Numbered from the stretch's first letter, positions 1-9,598 are shown. The stretch is 24,000 nucleotides of DNA from Desulfobotulus sp. (GCF_034006065.1 NZ_JAVETM010000001.1:293147-317146), one strand, 5' to 3'. The notes: a model not told the origin generated them from the sequence alone. Translations and numbers: made by a program.

Positions 1-1
1 A

Positions 2-868
2 AAAATCCCTTACTACTTTTCCGCAGCGGGAAAAACGGGGGCCACGGCTTATGTGGCCGCTGTTCAAGGCGGCATCAACCCCGAGACCGGGGCCCCTCTC
101 AACCCCGCAACGGATCAGGCCGTTATGCAGAAAGCCCAATCCCTTGGGTCCGCCCTTTACATGGATGGCCAACATCTGGAGATGGAAGTCAGCGACGACC
201 TCAACTACTCCTTCAATCTCGGGGTCATGTACAGGCCTACGGAAAGCATCACCTTAGGACTCACCTATCGCAGTGAGACCAAAGCGGAGTTTGAAGGCGA
301 TCTCAAGCGCAATGGCGTTAAAATCGCCAAAGCCAAAATGGATTACAACCATCCCCAGCAGGTGCAGGCCGGGATCCGGTATGCGCCCCACTCCCGTTTT
401 TCCATGGAATTTGACCTCGTATGGACGGAATGGAGCATCAACCAGCGCCAGGTGGAAGATTTTTATCTCTATGCAGGCGGCGTGAGCCAGAGTGCCTATG
501 AGCGCAAGTGGGAGAATACCCGCCAGATCCGTTTTGGCGCAGAATACCTTCTCAATGACGTGGTGTCCCTGCGCTGTGGATACTTCTACGATCCCAGCCC
601 CATTCCTGACGACACCCTGGATCTCATGTGGCCGGATGCGGACAAAAAAACCTACGCCCTGGGCGCAGGCTTTCATTTCGGCAACTTCACCCTGGATACG
701 GTCATTCAGTACACGGCCGTGGAGCAGGATCGCATCGTGGGGGGTGAGTCCAATAACTTCAACAAAAGCTTCAAGGATGTTGCAGACCCCACATCCAATC
801 CCCGCGTTTCCGCCAAAGCCGGTGGCCACCTCCTCGGCGCTGGCCTGACCCTCACCTACAGATTCTGA
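2..868 (+). CDS. Outer-membrane transport protein, OmpP1/FadL/TodX family (3' part; 5' end lies outside the window)
   Basis: The reading frame is open from the window edge, so the GTG at 53 is probably not the real start. It has an alternating beta-strand pattern, a FadL-like block (LRCGYFYDPSPIPDD..PDADKKTYALGAGF) and ends ...LTLTYRF with a terminal aromatic typical of OM barrels. Confidence 0.7.
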   Translation, partial: KIPYYFSAAGKTGATAYVAAVQGGINPETGAPLNPATDQAVMQKAQSLGSALYMDGQHLEMEVSDDLNYSFNLGVMYRPTESITLGLTYRSETKAEFEGDLKRNGVKIAKAKMDYNHPQQVQAGIRYAPHSRFSMEFDLVWTEWSINQRQVEDFYLYAGGVSQSAYERKWENTRQIRFGAEYLLNDVVSLRCGYFYDPSPIPDDTLDLMWPDADKKTYALGAGFHFGNFTLDTVIQYTAVEQDRIVGGESNNFNKSFKDVADPTSNPRVSAKAGGHLLGAGLTLTYRF

Positions 869-904
869 TCCTTAAACAACAGAAAAGCTCTCTTCCTGAT
901 GCCT

Positions 905-933
905 GGGAAGGGCGGGGATCCCCCGCCCTTCCC
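905..933. terminator. GC-rich hairpin between convergent genes (possible bidirectional terminator)
   Basis: GGGAAGGGCGGGG-atc-CCCCGCCCTTCCC is a perfect 13-bp stem. It lies 37 nt after the + strand stop and abuts the - strand stop at 934. There is no clear U-tract on either side. Confidence 0.5.
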
Positions 934-1584
934 CTACCCCAGACCCAGACTGCTCCTGAAGCCCTTCACCTGGTCAATGAAGACCGTCAGTTCCCTCTGG
1001 TATTCCCCCTTTTTCTCCCCGATGGCACCATGGTAACGGTTAAAGGTAGGAAGGGCTCTGGCATAGCTTTTCAGGACTTCCCGCAGGGAGGTTCCATCGG
1101 AAAGCACGGTTTCATCCTCCCCGCCAGGAGAAAAACCATGGGTTCTGACCTCATCTCTGTACCGTTCCACAAGCCCCAGGTGGGCCACGTCCATGGGATT
1201 GATTCTCTGAAAACAGGCCAGATGACCAAAGGCGTTTTCAATGGAAGGCACCAGATCTTCCTGTCCCGCCAGGATGCAGCGCAGAACCTGAGCCTTCAGG
1301 GCCAGGCGTATCCAGGATTCGGGATAGGGTAGGGCACTGCTGTCTGCAACATAACTTTCCTTTTCTTCCAGCACCTGGAAAAAACGCTGCTGCAGAACCG
1401 CAGCCCAGGAAATCAAGCCCCCTCCTGCGGCATACATGGCCTTGGCAAGACCCGGATCTTCTGCTTCCTGCAATGCGGTGAGGGTTTCCACCGCCATGCT
1501 GTCCAGCGAGATCCCCTTTTCTTCTTCGCCTTTGTCCTTTCCCTTCAGCATATTTCCCAGTCTTTTAAACCAGCCTGTTTCCAT
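934..1584 (-). CDS. Hypothetical protein (216 aa), no family recognised
   Basis: ATG at 1584 is preceded by GGAGG about 8 nt upstream on the minus strand. Composition is protein-like with no TM segments. It lies 80 nt downstream of the AI-2E transporter gene on the same strand. Confidence 0.6.
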   Translation of the reverse strand: METGWFKRLGNMLKGKDKGEEEKGISLDSMAVETLTALQEAEDPGLAKAMYAAGGGLISWAAVLQQRFFQVLEEKESYVADSSALPYPESWIRLALKAQVLRCILAGQEDLVPSIENAFGHLACFQRINPMDVAHLGLVERYRDEVRTHGFSPGGEDETVLSDGTSLREVLKSYARALPTFNRYHGAIGEKKGEYQRELTVFIDQVKGFRSSLGLG

Positions 1585-1664
1585 GTCTTCTGCCTCCTTC
1601 CTGTCCAGGTTTTTTTAAAAAACCTCGCCTGCCCTTTCGCGCATCCTGTGTCCCTTTGCGGTCT

Positions 1665-2774
1665 TCAGGCAGCCTGCTCATCATCCGTATGCAGCTTGGG
1701 CCAGGCATTAAAAATCGCCTTCAGCAGGGTGGCCAGGGGAATGGCAAAAAAAACCCCCCAGAAGCCCCAGAGTCCCCCAAAAACCAGTACGGCAAGGATG
1801 ATGGAAACCGGATGCAGATTCACGGCTTCGGAAAAAAGAAGCGGCACCAGTACATTGCCATCCAGAGCCTGGATGATTCCGTAAACCGCCATGACCCACA
1901 GGAAATCGGAACTGATGCCAAACTGGAAAAGCGCAATGAGAGCCACGGGTATGGTGACCACAGCCGCGCCAATATAGGGCACGAGAACGGAAAAACCCAC
2001 CATGAGGGCCAGAAGTTCGGCATAACCAAGCCCCAGCCAGGCAAAGGCCGCCCAGGTGGCGATGGCTACAATGAGTATCTCAATGACCTTGCCCCGGATA
2101 TAATTGGTGATCTGCTCATCCATTTCCCGCCAGACCCGGCTGATCAGAGCCCTTTTTTCGGGCATGAGCGAGGAAACGTAAGACACAAGTTTTTCCTGAT
2201 CCTTGAGCATGAAAAAAACCAGAATGGGCACGAGAATCAGATAGATCAGCCAGGCCACCAGGTTGGGAATGCTCGAAAGGGAAAGCCCCACCAGCCACTG
2301 GCCCAGCTTCCGGAGTTCCCCACTGGCTTCCGTAAAAATCTGGTTCATGTGCTGCTGGGAGAGGAACTGGGGATAGGTTTCCTGCATTTCCACAAACCAG
2401 ACCTGGGCCGCCCGCACCATGCCGGGCAACTCCCGGGTCAGGCTGAGCAGCTGCTGCCAGATGAGAGGCAGAAGCCAGAACAGTACGGCCATCAGACAAC
2501 CGAGAAAGAGGCTAAAAGCCAGAATCACGGCCATGATACGGGGCAGGTGGAGGCGCTGAAGACCTGTGACCACGCCCTGAAGCAGGAAGGCGACCACAAG
2601 AGAAACCAGAAAGGGCGCCAACATGCGGCTGAAAAAAATAATCACAAAGAAAAACCCAGCCAGAAGCAGGGTAAAAATGATGGCTTCCTCATCGGAAAAA
2701 TACCGTCGCATCCATTTTGCGAGCACCTCTTTGAAGAGCATACCCTCTCCCATCCTCACGTTTTCAGAATTCAT
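1665..2774 (-). CDS. AI-2E family transporter (PerM/YhhT-like, UPF0118) integral membrane protein
   Basis: 369 aa with about 8 hydrophobic helices. The characteristic C-terminal region (VLVPYIGA..., ...GLWGFWGVFFAIPLA...) matches my recollection of this family. Confidence 0.85.
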   Translation of the reverse strand: MNSENVRMGEGMLFKEVLAKWMRRYFSDEEAIIFTLLLAGFFFVIIFFSRMLAPFLVSLVVAFLLQGVVTGLQRLHLPRIMAVILAFSLFLGCLMAVLFWLLPLIWQQLLSLTRELPGMVRAAQVWFVEMQETYPQFLSQQHMNQIFTEASGELRKLGQWLVGLSLSSIPNLVAWLIYLILVPILVFFMLKDQEKLVSYVSSLMPEKRALISRVWREMDEQITNYIRGKVIEILIVAIATWAAFAWLGLGYAELLALMVGFSVLVPYIGAAVVTIPVALIALFQFGISSDFLWVMAVYGIIQALDGNVLVPLLFSEAVNLHPVSIILAVLVFGGLWGFWGVFFAIPLATLLKAIFNAWPKLHTDDEQAA

Positions 2775-2995
2775 GGGCGGAATGTCAAAATCCAGCTCCG
2801 GCCATTTCCGGTCCCCATCCGCTGAAGGGCACCCATCGACCGCATGTAGTATCAGATACCAGGGCCGGGGGGCAAGGGGGAGCCATGGCGTCGAAAATCA
2901 GCGCATACGATGCTTTATTTAAACCCAAAAACGCCCGGTTTTTCAATGTTTAAGAATAAAAATCAATGAATCCAGGCATTAAAAATGCCAAAAAT

Positions 2996-3024
2996 TTGAC
3001 ATGCGCCATAAAAACGATTATAAG
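2996..3024 (+). promoter_or_regulatory. Sigma70-type promoter for the proVWX-like operon
   Basis: TTGACA (2996-3001), a 17-nt spacer, then TATAAG (3019-3024). It sits in an AT-rich intergenic region about 80 nt upstream of ATG 3107. Confidence 0.5.
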
Positions 3025-3106
3025 TTCTTTTGCTCTGAATACATATGCCCTGGAAAAGTCCAGACTCCAGGGATTTTCCTTCTCTTTTTTCACAAACAGG
3101 AACCTT

Positions 3107-4333
3107 ATGCCCGAAGCAGAACAGAACATTAAAATACGCATAGAAGGACTCAGCAAAATCTTCGGATCCAGGCATCACATCCCTGAAGCCAGAAAAATGC
3201 TGAAGCAGGGAAAAAGCAAAGAAGAGATTCTCAGAAAAACCGGCTGCGGCGTCGGCCTGTCTGATGTGAACTTTTCCGTGGCAGAAGGCGAGATTCTTGT
3301 GGTCATGGGACTTTCCGGAAGTGGAAAATCCACCCTTGTGCGTTGCATCAACCGTCTCATTGAACCCACGTCAGGCCGCATCTTCATTGATGGGGAGGAC
3401 ATCACCGCCCTGTCTCCGGAAAAGCTGCGCCACATCCGCCTCACCAAGCTCGGCATGGTCTTCCAGAATTTTGCCCTCTTTCCCCACCGTACCGTCTGCC
3501 AGAACGCCGAATATGGTTTGGAAATCCAGGGCATGCCCCAGGAGACAAGAAAAAAAAAAGCCATGATCGCCCTTGAACAGGTTGGACTCAAAGGCTGGGA
3601 GGACCATTATCCCCACAATCTTTCCGGTGGCATGCAGCAGCGTGTGGGGCTGGCCCGGGCTCTCGCCCTGGACCCCGACATCCTCCTCATGGATGAGGCC
3701 TTCAGCGCCCTTGACCCCCTCATCCGATCCGATATGCAGGATGAACTGATCCACCTCCAGCAGAAGCTGCAGAAAACCATCGTCTTCATCAGCCACGACT
3801 TAGATGAGGCCCTCAAGATCGGAGACCGCATTGTTCTGATGAAAGACGGCCAGGTGGTGCAGATCGGCACAGCCGAAGAAATCCTCACCAACCCCGCCAC
3901 TCCCTATGTGGAAAGATTTGTGGAAAACGTTGACATCACCCGCGTACTCACCGCGGAATCCATCATGATCCGGCCCAAGGCCATGGTTTCTCCGGACATG
4001 CACGGACCCAAAACGGCTTTGCGCTTCATGCAGAAAGAAGGATTTTCCCAGATTTTTGTCCATGACAGAAAACACCGGGTGATCGGTATTCTTTCCGCAG
4101 AAGCCGCTTCCGAAGCCGCCCACAGGGGTGAGCGCGATCTGAGCGCTGTCATGCAAAAAGACTTTATCCATGTAACCCCTGAAACACCTGCTGCGGATCT
4201 CATCCCCATACTCGCAGACATTCCCTATCCCCTCCCTGTCTTAGACACCCAAGGCCATATGAAGGGCATCATTATCCGCGGCTCCCTCCTTGCGGCTCTC
4301 GCGGAAAAAGGAAGGAACAGCGACCATGCCTAG
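3107..4333 (+). CDS. proV: Glycine betaine/proline ABC transporter ATP-binding protein with C-terminal tandem CBS domains
   Basis: Walker A GLSGSGKST, signature LSGGMQQRV, Walker B ILLMDEAFSALD and an H-loop (ISHD). The roughly 130-aa CBS-like tail is typical of ProV/OpuAA. Start is moved to ATG 3107 (AGGAA upstream); the 47 residues from 2966 look non-coding and overlap the promoter. Confidence 0.9.
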   Translation: MPEAEQNIKIRIEGLSKIFGSRHHIPEARKMLKQGKSKEEILRKTGCGVGLSDVNFSVAEGEILVVMGLSGSGKSTLVRCINRLIEPTSGRIFIDGEDITALSPEKLRHIRLTKLGMVFQNFALFPHRTVCQNAEYGLEIQGMPQETRKKKAMIALEQVGLKGWEDHYPHNLSGGMQQRVGLARALALDPDILLMDEAFSALDPLIRSDMQDELIHLQQKLQKTIVFISHDLDEALKIGDRIVLMKDGQVVQIGTAEEILTNPATPYVERFVENVDITRVLTAESIMIRPKAMVSPDMHGPKTALRFMQKEGFSQIFVHDRKHRVIGILSAEAASEAAHRGERDLSAVMQKDFIHVTPETPAADLIPILADIPYPLPVLDTQGHMKGIIIRGSLLAALAEKGRNSDHA

Positions 4334-5159
4334 AATTCCCTTGGGCGAATTCATTGAGTCCGCCATCCACTTTCTCGTGACCCATTTTTCCTTTCTCACC
4401 ATTGCCTTTACCCAGGTGATGGAAAGCGTCATTTCTTTTCTTGAAAAGGGCCTTCTCCTTCCGCCGCCCTGGCTGTTTACCCCCATGGCAGCGGGCCTGG
4501 TCTTCTGGCTGACCCGCAAAAGAGGTCTTGCCCTTTTCACCCTGGCAGGTCTTTTTCTCATCTGGAACATGGAACTCTGGACCGCCACCATCAGCACCAT
4601 CACCCTCGTGCTCATCGCCACCCTCGCTGCCCTGGCCATCGGCATTCCCCTCGGCATCCTCGCCGCCCTGAGTCCCAGGGTGAACCGCGTGGTGCAGCCC
4701 GTACTGGATGTCATGCAGACCATGCCAGCCTTTGTCTACCTCATCCCTGCCATTCCCTTTTTCGGGCTGGGTAAGGTGGCGGCCATCTTCGCCACTCTCA
4801 TTTTCTCCATGCCGCCTGCCATACGCCTCACCTGCCTGGGGATTCAGCAGGTTCCCAGGGATCTTGTGGAGTGCGCCGACGCCTTTGGCTCCAACCCCTG
4901 GCAGAAACTCTTCAAACTCCAGCTTCCCATGGCCACGCCCACCATCATGGCCGGGGTCAATCAAACGGTGATGCTCGCCCTTTCCATGGTAGTCATCGCC
5001 GCCATGATCGGTGCAAGGGGACTTGGGGGCGAAGTCTGGCGCGCCATCCAGAGACTTCAGATGGGAAGTGGTTTTGAAGCAGGCATCGGCATTGTCATTG
5101 TGGCCATTATTCTGGATCGCGTGCTCCAGCACCTTGGGGCAAAAAAGCATGGATCATGA
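4326..5159 (+). CDS. proW: Glycine betaine/proline ABC transporter permease
   Basis: Multi-pass membrane protein with an EAA-like loop region (...FGSNPWQKLFKLQLPMA...). ATG 4326 overlaps the proV stop (ATGCCTAG) and is preceded by AAGGAAGG. Confidence 0.85.
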   Translation: MPRIPLGEFIESAIHFLVTHFSFLTIAFTQVMESVISFLEKGLLLPPPWLFTPMAAGLVFWLTRKRGLALFTLAGLFLIWNMELWTATISTITLVLIATLAALAIGIPLGILAALSPRVNRVVQPVLDVMQTMPAFVYLIPAIPFFGLGKVAAIFATLIFSMPPAIRLTCLGIQQVPRDLVECADAFGSNPWQKLFKLQLPMATPTIMAGVNQTVMLALSMVVIAAMIGARGLGGEVWRAIQRLQMGSGFEAGIGIVIVAIILDRVLQHLGAKKHGS

Positions 5160-5182
5160 ACCAAAAAAAAGGAGATTTGCAC

Positions 5183-6040
5183 ATGAAAAACAAAAAGTGG
5201 CTGTCCATCCTGGCTTTTCTGGCCTTTGCCCTGTTTCTGGGCAACGGTACCGCCCTTGCACAGAAGAAAGTGCGCCTTGCTTATGTGGAATGGGATTGCG
5301 CTGCGGCCAGTACCACCCTGGTGCAGGCCGTTCTCCAGGAAAAACTCGGATATGAGGTGGAAATCCTTCCTGTGGCTGCAGCGGCCATGTGGCAGGCCAT
5401 TGCCACGGGCAATGTGGACGGAATGGTCACCGCCTGGCTGCCTGTGACCCATGCGGATTATTATGCCCGCGTCAAAGACCGGGTGGAAGATCTGGGGCCC
5501 ATTGTGGGCGGCGCAAAGCTCGGCTGGGCCGTACCCTCCTATGTGACCATCAATTCCATTGAAGAAATTCAGGCCCATGCGGATCAATTTAAAAACAAGA
5601 TCATTGGCATTGATCCTGGGGCAGGTCTGATGCGTCTCTCCGAACAGGCCATGAAGGATTACAAACTGGACAAGATGGAGCTTTTGGAAGGTAGCGGCGC
5701 CACCATGACCGCAGCCCTGGATACGGCCATCCGCCGCAAGGAGTGGGTGGTGGTCACAGCCTGGTCGCCCCATTGGATGTTCGGAACCTGGGATCTCAAA
5801 TACCTTGACGATCCCAAAGGCGTTCTTGGCGGCGAAGAACAGATTCATACCATTGTCCGGAAAAATCTCAAAAAAGAGATGCCCGAGGTTTATCAGGTGC
5901 TGAAAAATTTTGCCTGGAAAGACCCTGGGCAACTGCAGAGGGTCATGGCCTGGGACCAGGAACCCAGGGCAGACCGCTATGAAAACGCCAAGCGTTTTAT
6001 CCTTGAAAACGAAGCCCAGGTGAATGCCTGGCTGAAATAG
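5183..6040 (+). CDS. proX: Glycine betaine-binding periplasmic substrate-binding protein (OpuAC/ProX type)
   Basis: Signal peptide MKNKKWLSILAFLAFALFLGNGTALA. OpuAC-like core (VEWDCAAAST..., ...TAWLP...) and operon context. AAGGAG lies 7 nt before ATG 5183; the alternative ATG 5156 overlaps the proW stop. Confidence 0.8.
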   Translation: MKNKKWLSILAFLAFALFLGNGTALAQKKVRLAYVEWDCAAASTTLVQAVLQEKLGYEVEILPVAAAAMWQAIATGNVDGMVTAWLPVTHADYYARVKDRVEDLGPIVGGAKLGWAVPSYVTINSIEEIQAHADQFKNKIIGIDPGAGLMRLSEQAMKDYKLDKMELLEGSGATMTAALDTAIRRKEWVVVTAWSPHWMFGTWDLKYLDDPKGVLGGEEQIHTIVRKNLKKEMPEVYQVLKNFAWKDPGQLQRVMAWDQEPRADRYENAKRFILENEAQVNAWLK

Positions 6041-6065
6041 CTTTTTTTATCCATGTCCGCAGAGG

Positions 6066-6091
6066 GGTCGCCTGAAAAGGCGGCCTTTTTT
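6066..6091 (+). terminator. Rho-independent terminator after proX
   Basis: GGTCGCC-tgaaaa-GGCGGCC forms a 7-bp stem (one G.U pair) followed directly by TTTTTT (6086-6091). Confidence 0.7.
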
Positions 6092-6176
6092 CGTTGACAA
6101 AGCCGTCATAAAAGGCTTTTTTATCAGGCTTGTCCTGGGTTCTGACATTCTTCCCACTGATGAAAGGTCTTCCCTC

Positions 6177-6977
6177 ATGGGTCTTCTTGAAATCACCCTC
6201 TTATCCCTCATCCAGGGGCTTACGGAATTTCTGCCCATCTCCTCTTCCGCCCATCTCATCCTGCCCTCGGCTCTGCTGGGCTGGGAAGACCAGGGCCTTG
6301 CCTTTGACATCGCCCTCCATGGGGGAACCCTGCTGGCTGTGGCCTTGTATTTCCAAAAAGACCTCCGGGACCTTGCCATCGGTTGGTTCGGCTCTTTACG
6401 GGGCAGGCAGAGCCTGCACGGCAGGCTGGCCTGGTTTCTGATCTTTGCCACCATTCCCACAGGCCTTGCCGGGCTTCTTTTCAGCGGTATCATTGAAACC
6501 ACCCTGCGCTCCCCCTGGGTCATCGCCATGACTACCCTTTTCTTTGCCGCCCTGCTCTGGTATGCGGACGCCAAAGGAAAACAGGTTCTCGCCATGGAAT
6601 CCCTGGGGCTTCGCCAAGCCCTTACCATTGGTTTCTGTCAGGCCCTCTCCCTTATTCCCGGTACCTCCCGCTCCGGCATTACCATCACAGCCGGTCTCAT
6701 GCTGGGACTGGACCGCCAGAGCGCTGCCCGCTTTTCCTTTCTGCTTTCCATACCCATCACCCTGCTTGTCACCCTTTACCAGGGGTATAAGCTCATGCGT
6801 CACCCGGAAATCTATGATCTGCCCGCCCTTTTCATGGGCGCAGGACTCTCCTTTGTCAGTGCCCTTCTGTGCATCCACTTTTTTCTGAAAATCATTGCCC
6901 GAATGGGGCTCTTTCCCTTTGTGGTTTATCGCCTCACCCTCGGCGCTGGTCTCGTGCTTTTTCTTGTCTTCTTCTGA
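6177..6977 (+). CDS. uppP: Undecaprenyl-diphosphate phosphatase
   Basis: 266 aa polytopic membrane protein with the hallmark N-terminal motif QGLTEFLPISSSAHL and the later PGTSRSG motif of the UppP/BacA family. Confidence 0.9.
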   Translation: MGLLEITLLSLIQGLTEFLPISSSAHLILPSALLGWEDQGLAFDIALHGGTLLAVALYFQKDLRDLAIGWFGSLRGRQSLHGRLAWFLIFATIPTGLAGLLFSGIIETTLRSPWVIAMTTLFFAALLWYADAKGKQVLAMESLGLRQALTIGFCQALSLIPGTSRSGITITAGLMLGLDRQSAARFSFLLSIPITLLVTLYQGYKLMRHPEIYDLPALFMGAGLSFVSALLCIHFFLKIIARMGLFPFVVYRLTLGAGLVLFLVFF

Positions 6978-7410
6978 AGCGTAAAGCCCTGCCACTTCAC
7001 AGTAAATACCTGTACTTAAAGCCGATCCATTCTAAAAAAACAAAGAATGGACCCGGCTTGTCGCTTTACAAACAATGTTCCATGAACTAAAGTGTGTTAG
7101 GGATCATGGGCGGCAATTCATTAAAAAATGCCACGCCCTTTCCCCGCCTCCCCGCTCAGCGCCTGACAAGGATTCCAATACCCGGATTCGATCCAGCGTC
7201 TGTTTTCCTTAAAAAAAAAATTTGGCAAAACCCATCTGCAGGGATTCTGGCCTTGGCCCCAGCCCTTTTCTTCTGAAAACGCGCTTCCCTCTGGCCGGAT
7301 TTCTGCGGATCTTCCAAAACCCTCCAGAAAATTCAGACCCCAAAACCCAAGCGTCGGAATCCGGTTTTTTTCCGACCCCTAAGACCCGCACCCAAAAGAA
7401 GGAATCCGCC

Positions 7411-9135
7411 ATGCTCCATGCCTTCACCATCCGTCAGCGTATGACGGCCATCCTCATCCTTGTGGGGCTCATGCTCATCGGCATGTTCTGGGCCACCTTC
7501 CGTGCGGCCCACACAGCCCGCGACATTGGTACCCGAGAAACCGGCCATGTGATGCTCGAAGACCAGAAAGCCAAAATCCATGTGGCCACCCACTCTCTGG
7601 CCCTCGCCATGGGCAAGGTGGCGCAAGATATCCGGGATCCGGAAGAACGCATCCGGATCTTCCGGTTGATGCTCCAGGACATCCGCTTTGAGGATGACGA
7701 TTCCGGATATTTTTTCCTTTACCGGAATACCACCAACGTGGCCCTGCCCACCCGCCCAGACCTTGTGGGCAAGGATCTGCGGGATGCCAAAGATTCCAAT
7801 GGGGTCTACTATGTTCAGGCCCTGCAGGACGCCGCCCGCCGGGGCGGGGGTTTTGTCGAATATGTTTTTGACAAACCGGGTTTCGGCAACCAGCCCAAGC
7901 TTTCCTATTCCCAGCCCGTACCGGGTACGGATATGTGGCTGGGCACAGGCATCTACATCGATAACATTGCAAGGGAACAGCAGCGCATCGCCACAGACAT
8001 CAATCAGCGGGTCACAACCTACCTCTTCTGGCTCGCTGGCCTTGCCGGAGTTTTTGCCCTCCTCTTTTTCACCGTGGCCATTCTCACCACCCGCGAGGTT
8101 GTGGTTTCATTGAAACGTACGGCAAAACTGCTCCAGCACCTGGCCTCTGGCAACGGAGACCTCACCCACCGCATGCCCGAAGGCCGCAGGGATGAAATCG
8201 GTGAAATGTCCCTCTGGATCAACCGCTTCATCGGGCAGATCCACGGCATCATATCAAGCATCCGGGACCATGCGGAAAACCTCCGAACCGCTTCCTCCTC
8301 CCTGGGCCATGATTCCCAGGCCATGGCCAGAGGCACCGAAGCCTCGGCCACAGGCACCCAGTCTGTCACCCAGGCCGCCTCCACCATGAAAGACAACATG
8401 GGCAGCATTGCTTCGGCCATGGAAGAAACCGCCACCAACACTTCCATGGTGGCCGCAGCCACGGAAGAGATGACCAGCACCATTGATGAGATCGCAAAAA
8501 ATGCCGAAGAAGCCCGGAAAACCACGGGAAAAGCCGTACTGAAAGCTACCGAGACCTCGGAAAAGACCATCCGGCTCGGTGAGATTTCCAGGGAGGTGGG
8601 GAAGGTGACGGAAACCATATCCGAAATTTCCGCCCAGACCAATCTCCTTGCCCTTAACGCCACCATTGAAGCGGCCCGGGCCGGTGAGGCGGGGAAAGGT
8701 TTTGCCGTGGTTGCGGCCGAAATCAAGACCCTGGCCGAACAGACCGCCCGCGCCACAGAAGACATCCGCCGTATCATTACCCAGGCCCAGGCTCTGTCTT
8801 TGGACGTGGAAGAGGATGTGTCTCTGGTCACTGCATCCATTTCCGCCATTGATGACATTGTCAACGCCATTGCCACAGCTGTGGAAGAACAATCCGCAGC
8901 CACCCGGGAAATTTCCGGCAACGTGCTCCAGGCCTCCCAGGGCATCCAGGAAGTCAATGAAAACATGAGCGCCCTGCACCGCCTTGTGGGTGAAATCTAC
9001 AAGGACATTGACGCCGTGCGCAGCGCCACAGCGGACATGAGCGACACGGGCAGGGCCGTGGATACCAGCGCCCAGGATGTGGCCCGCATGGCGGGGGATC
9101 TGGAAAAACTGGTGGGTCGCTTCAAACTGAATTGA
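7411..9135 (+). CDS. Methyl-accepting chemotaxis protein with periplasmic single-Cache (sCache_2-like) sensor, HAMP and MCP signalling domains
   Basis: Domain order is TM1 ([16 protein letters not shown]), a Cache-like block (DDSGYFFLY...GKDL...DSNGVYYVQ...[12 protein letters not shown]...KLSY...[10 protein letters not shown]), TM2, HAMP, then the conserved MCP hairpin (...[37 protein letters not shown]...). Start is moved to ATG 7411 (AAGAAGGAA upstream); the TTG at 7222 adds a low-complexity extension. Confidence 0.9.
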   Translation: MLHAFTIRQRMTAILILVGLMLIGMFWATFRAAHTARDIGTRETGHVMLEDQKAKIHVATHSLALAMGKVAQDIRDPEERIRIFRLMLQDIRFEDDDSGYFFLYRNTTNVALPTRPDLVGKDLRDAKDSNGVYYVQALQDAARRGGGFVEYVFDKPGFGNQPKLSYSQPVPGTDMWLGTGIYIDNIAREQQRIATDINQRVTTYLFWLAGLAGVFALLFFTVAILTTREVVVSLKRTAKLLQHLASGNGDLTHRMPEGRRDEIGEMSLWINRFIGQIHGIISSIRDHAENLRTASSSLGHDSQAMARGTEASATGTQSVTQAASTMKDNMGSIASAMEETATNTSMVAAATEEMTSTIDEIAKNAEEARKTTGKAVLKATETSEKTIRLGEISREVGKVTETISEISAQTNLLALNATIEAARAGEAGKGFAVVAAEIKTLAEQTARATEDIRRIITQAQALSLDVEEDVSLVTASISAIDDIVNAIATAVEEQSAATREISGNVLQASQGIQEVNENMSALHRLVGEIYKDIDAVRSATADMSDTGRAVDTSAQDVARMAGDLEKLVGRFKLN

Positions 9136-9152
9136 TCATTGAAAAAGAGTTG

Positions 9153-9184
9153 AGGGCCATGGGATGCGCCCCTCCCATGGCCCT
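9153..9184 (+). terminator. Hairpin after the MCP gene (probable terminator)
   Basis: AGGGCCATGGGA-tgcgcccc-TCCCATGGCCCT is a 12-bp stem starting 18 nt after the stop. It is followed by a pyrimidine-rich tract with short T runs, not a clean U-tract. Confidence 0.5.
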
Positions 9185-9390
9185 TCTCCCCCTTTTCCCT
9201 TTCCCTTTTCTCCCCAATGCCCTCCGGATTCAGAAATCGTTTCAACAGTAAACACGTGTTACGTGAAAAAACATTTCTATGGCAAAATCCATTTTTTTTA
9301 CACTGCTGAGGAAAAACCCAAGACAATTCAAGTTTTTTATATAAACAAATCAATAATTTATTTTTAAAGAAAAAATTTTTTAAAAAACCC

Positions 9391-9420
9391 TTGACATGAA
9401 AAGTTCATCGGGTGTACCTT
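9391..9420 (+). promoter_or_regulatory. Candidate promoter for module 1 (TTGACA with an A/T-rich UP-like tract)
   Basis: TTGACA at 9391-9396 follows about 60 nt of nearly pure A/T (9330-9388). The best -10 is weak (TACCTT, 9415-9420, 18-nt spacer). It would give a leader of roughly 215 nt containing the aptamer. Confidence 0.35.
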
Positions 9421-9504
9421 GCCTTCCATACAAAACACTGTTTACACAGCAAAGCGGCGACAACGCGGAGACACAGATTTCCGCGACGCATACACCCCGT
9501 GATC

Positions 9505-9598
9505 CGCCTATGTACAAAGCCAAACTCCGGGTAACCGGAGGACGGAAAGCCTACGGGTCCGCAAGATTGTCTTCCGGATGGCCGGGTTACCAAAGGCG
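9505..9598 (+). promoter_or_regulatory. GEMM-I (c-di-GMP-I class) riboswitch aptamer, single copy
   Basis: GCCAAAC-TCCGG-GTAA-CCGGA-GGACGGAAAGCC-TACGG-[GTCCG..CGGAT hairpin]-GGCCGGGTTACC. This has the same block order as the V. cholerae Vc2 aptamer as I recall it (GGCAAACC / GNRA-capped hairpin / GGGACGCAAAGCC / second hairpin / GGGGUUACC). The flanks CGCCT (9505-9509) and AGGCG (9594-9598) can close an outer helix. It sits about 40 nt before the SD AGGAGG and ATG 9641. Confidence 0.75.

Noticed and set aside
1607-1625. AGGTTTTTTT/AAAAAACCT palindrome between the AI-2E transporter gene and the hypothetical gene
   Set aside because: The stem would be almost pure A-U and very weak. It is more likely an A/T spacer in a short intergenic region than a terminator.
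7222-7239. Sigma54-like promoter, TGGCA...TGCA, upstream of the MCP gene
   Set aside because: The GG-to-GC offset is 14 nt (TGGCAAAACCCATCTGCA) instead of the required 12, so it does not fit the -24/-12 geometry.
7352-7378. GTCGGAA...TTCCGAC or CGGAATCCG+T7 hairpin just upstream of the MCP start; considered as an attenuator or terminator
   Set aside because: The stems are short and ambiguous, with competing alternatives. No upstream transcript or leader peptide supports attenuation, so this could not be taken beyond a guess.
9181-9215. A 35-nt polypyrimidine tract (CCCTTCTCCCCCTTTTCCCTTTCCCTTTTCTCCCC) sharing CCCTTCTCCC..TTTCCC with 19120-19135; considered as a shared regulatory motif of the two modules
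   Set aside because: A 10-mer match is expected by chance many times in 24 kb. The two copies sit in non-equivalent positions (upstream of a promoter versus between two genes). It may simply be the ragged U/C-rich tail of the 9153-9184 terminator.
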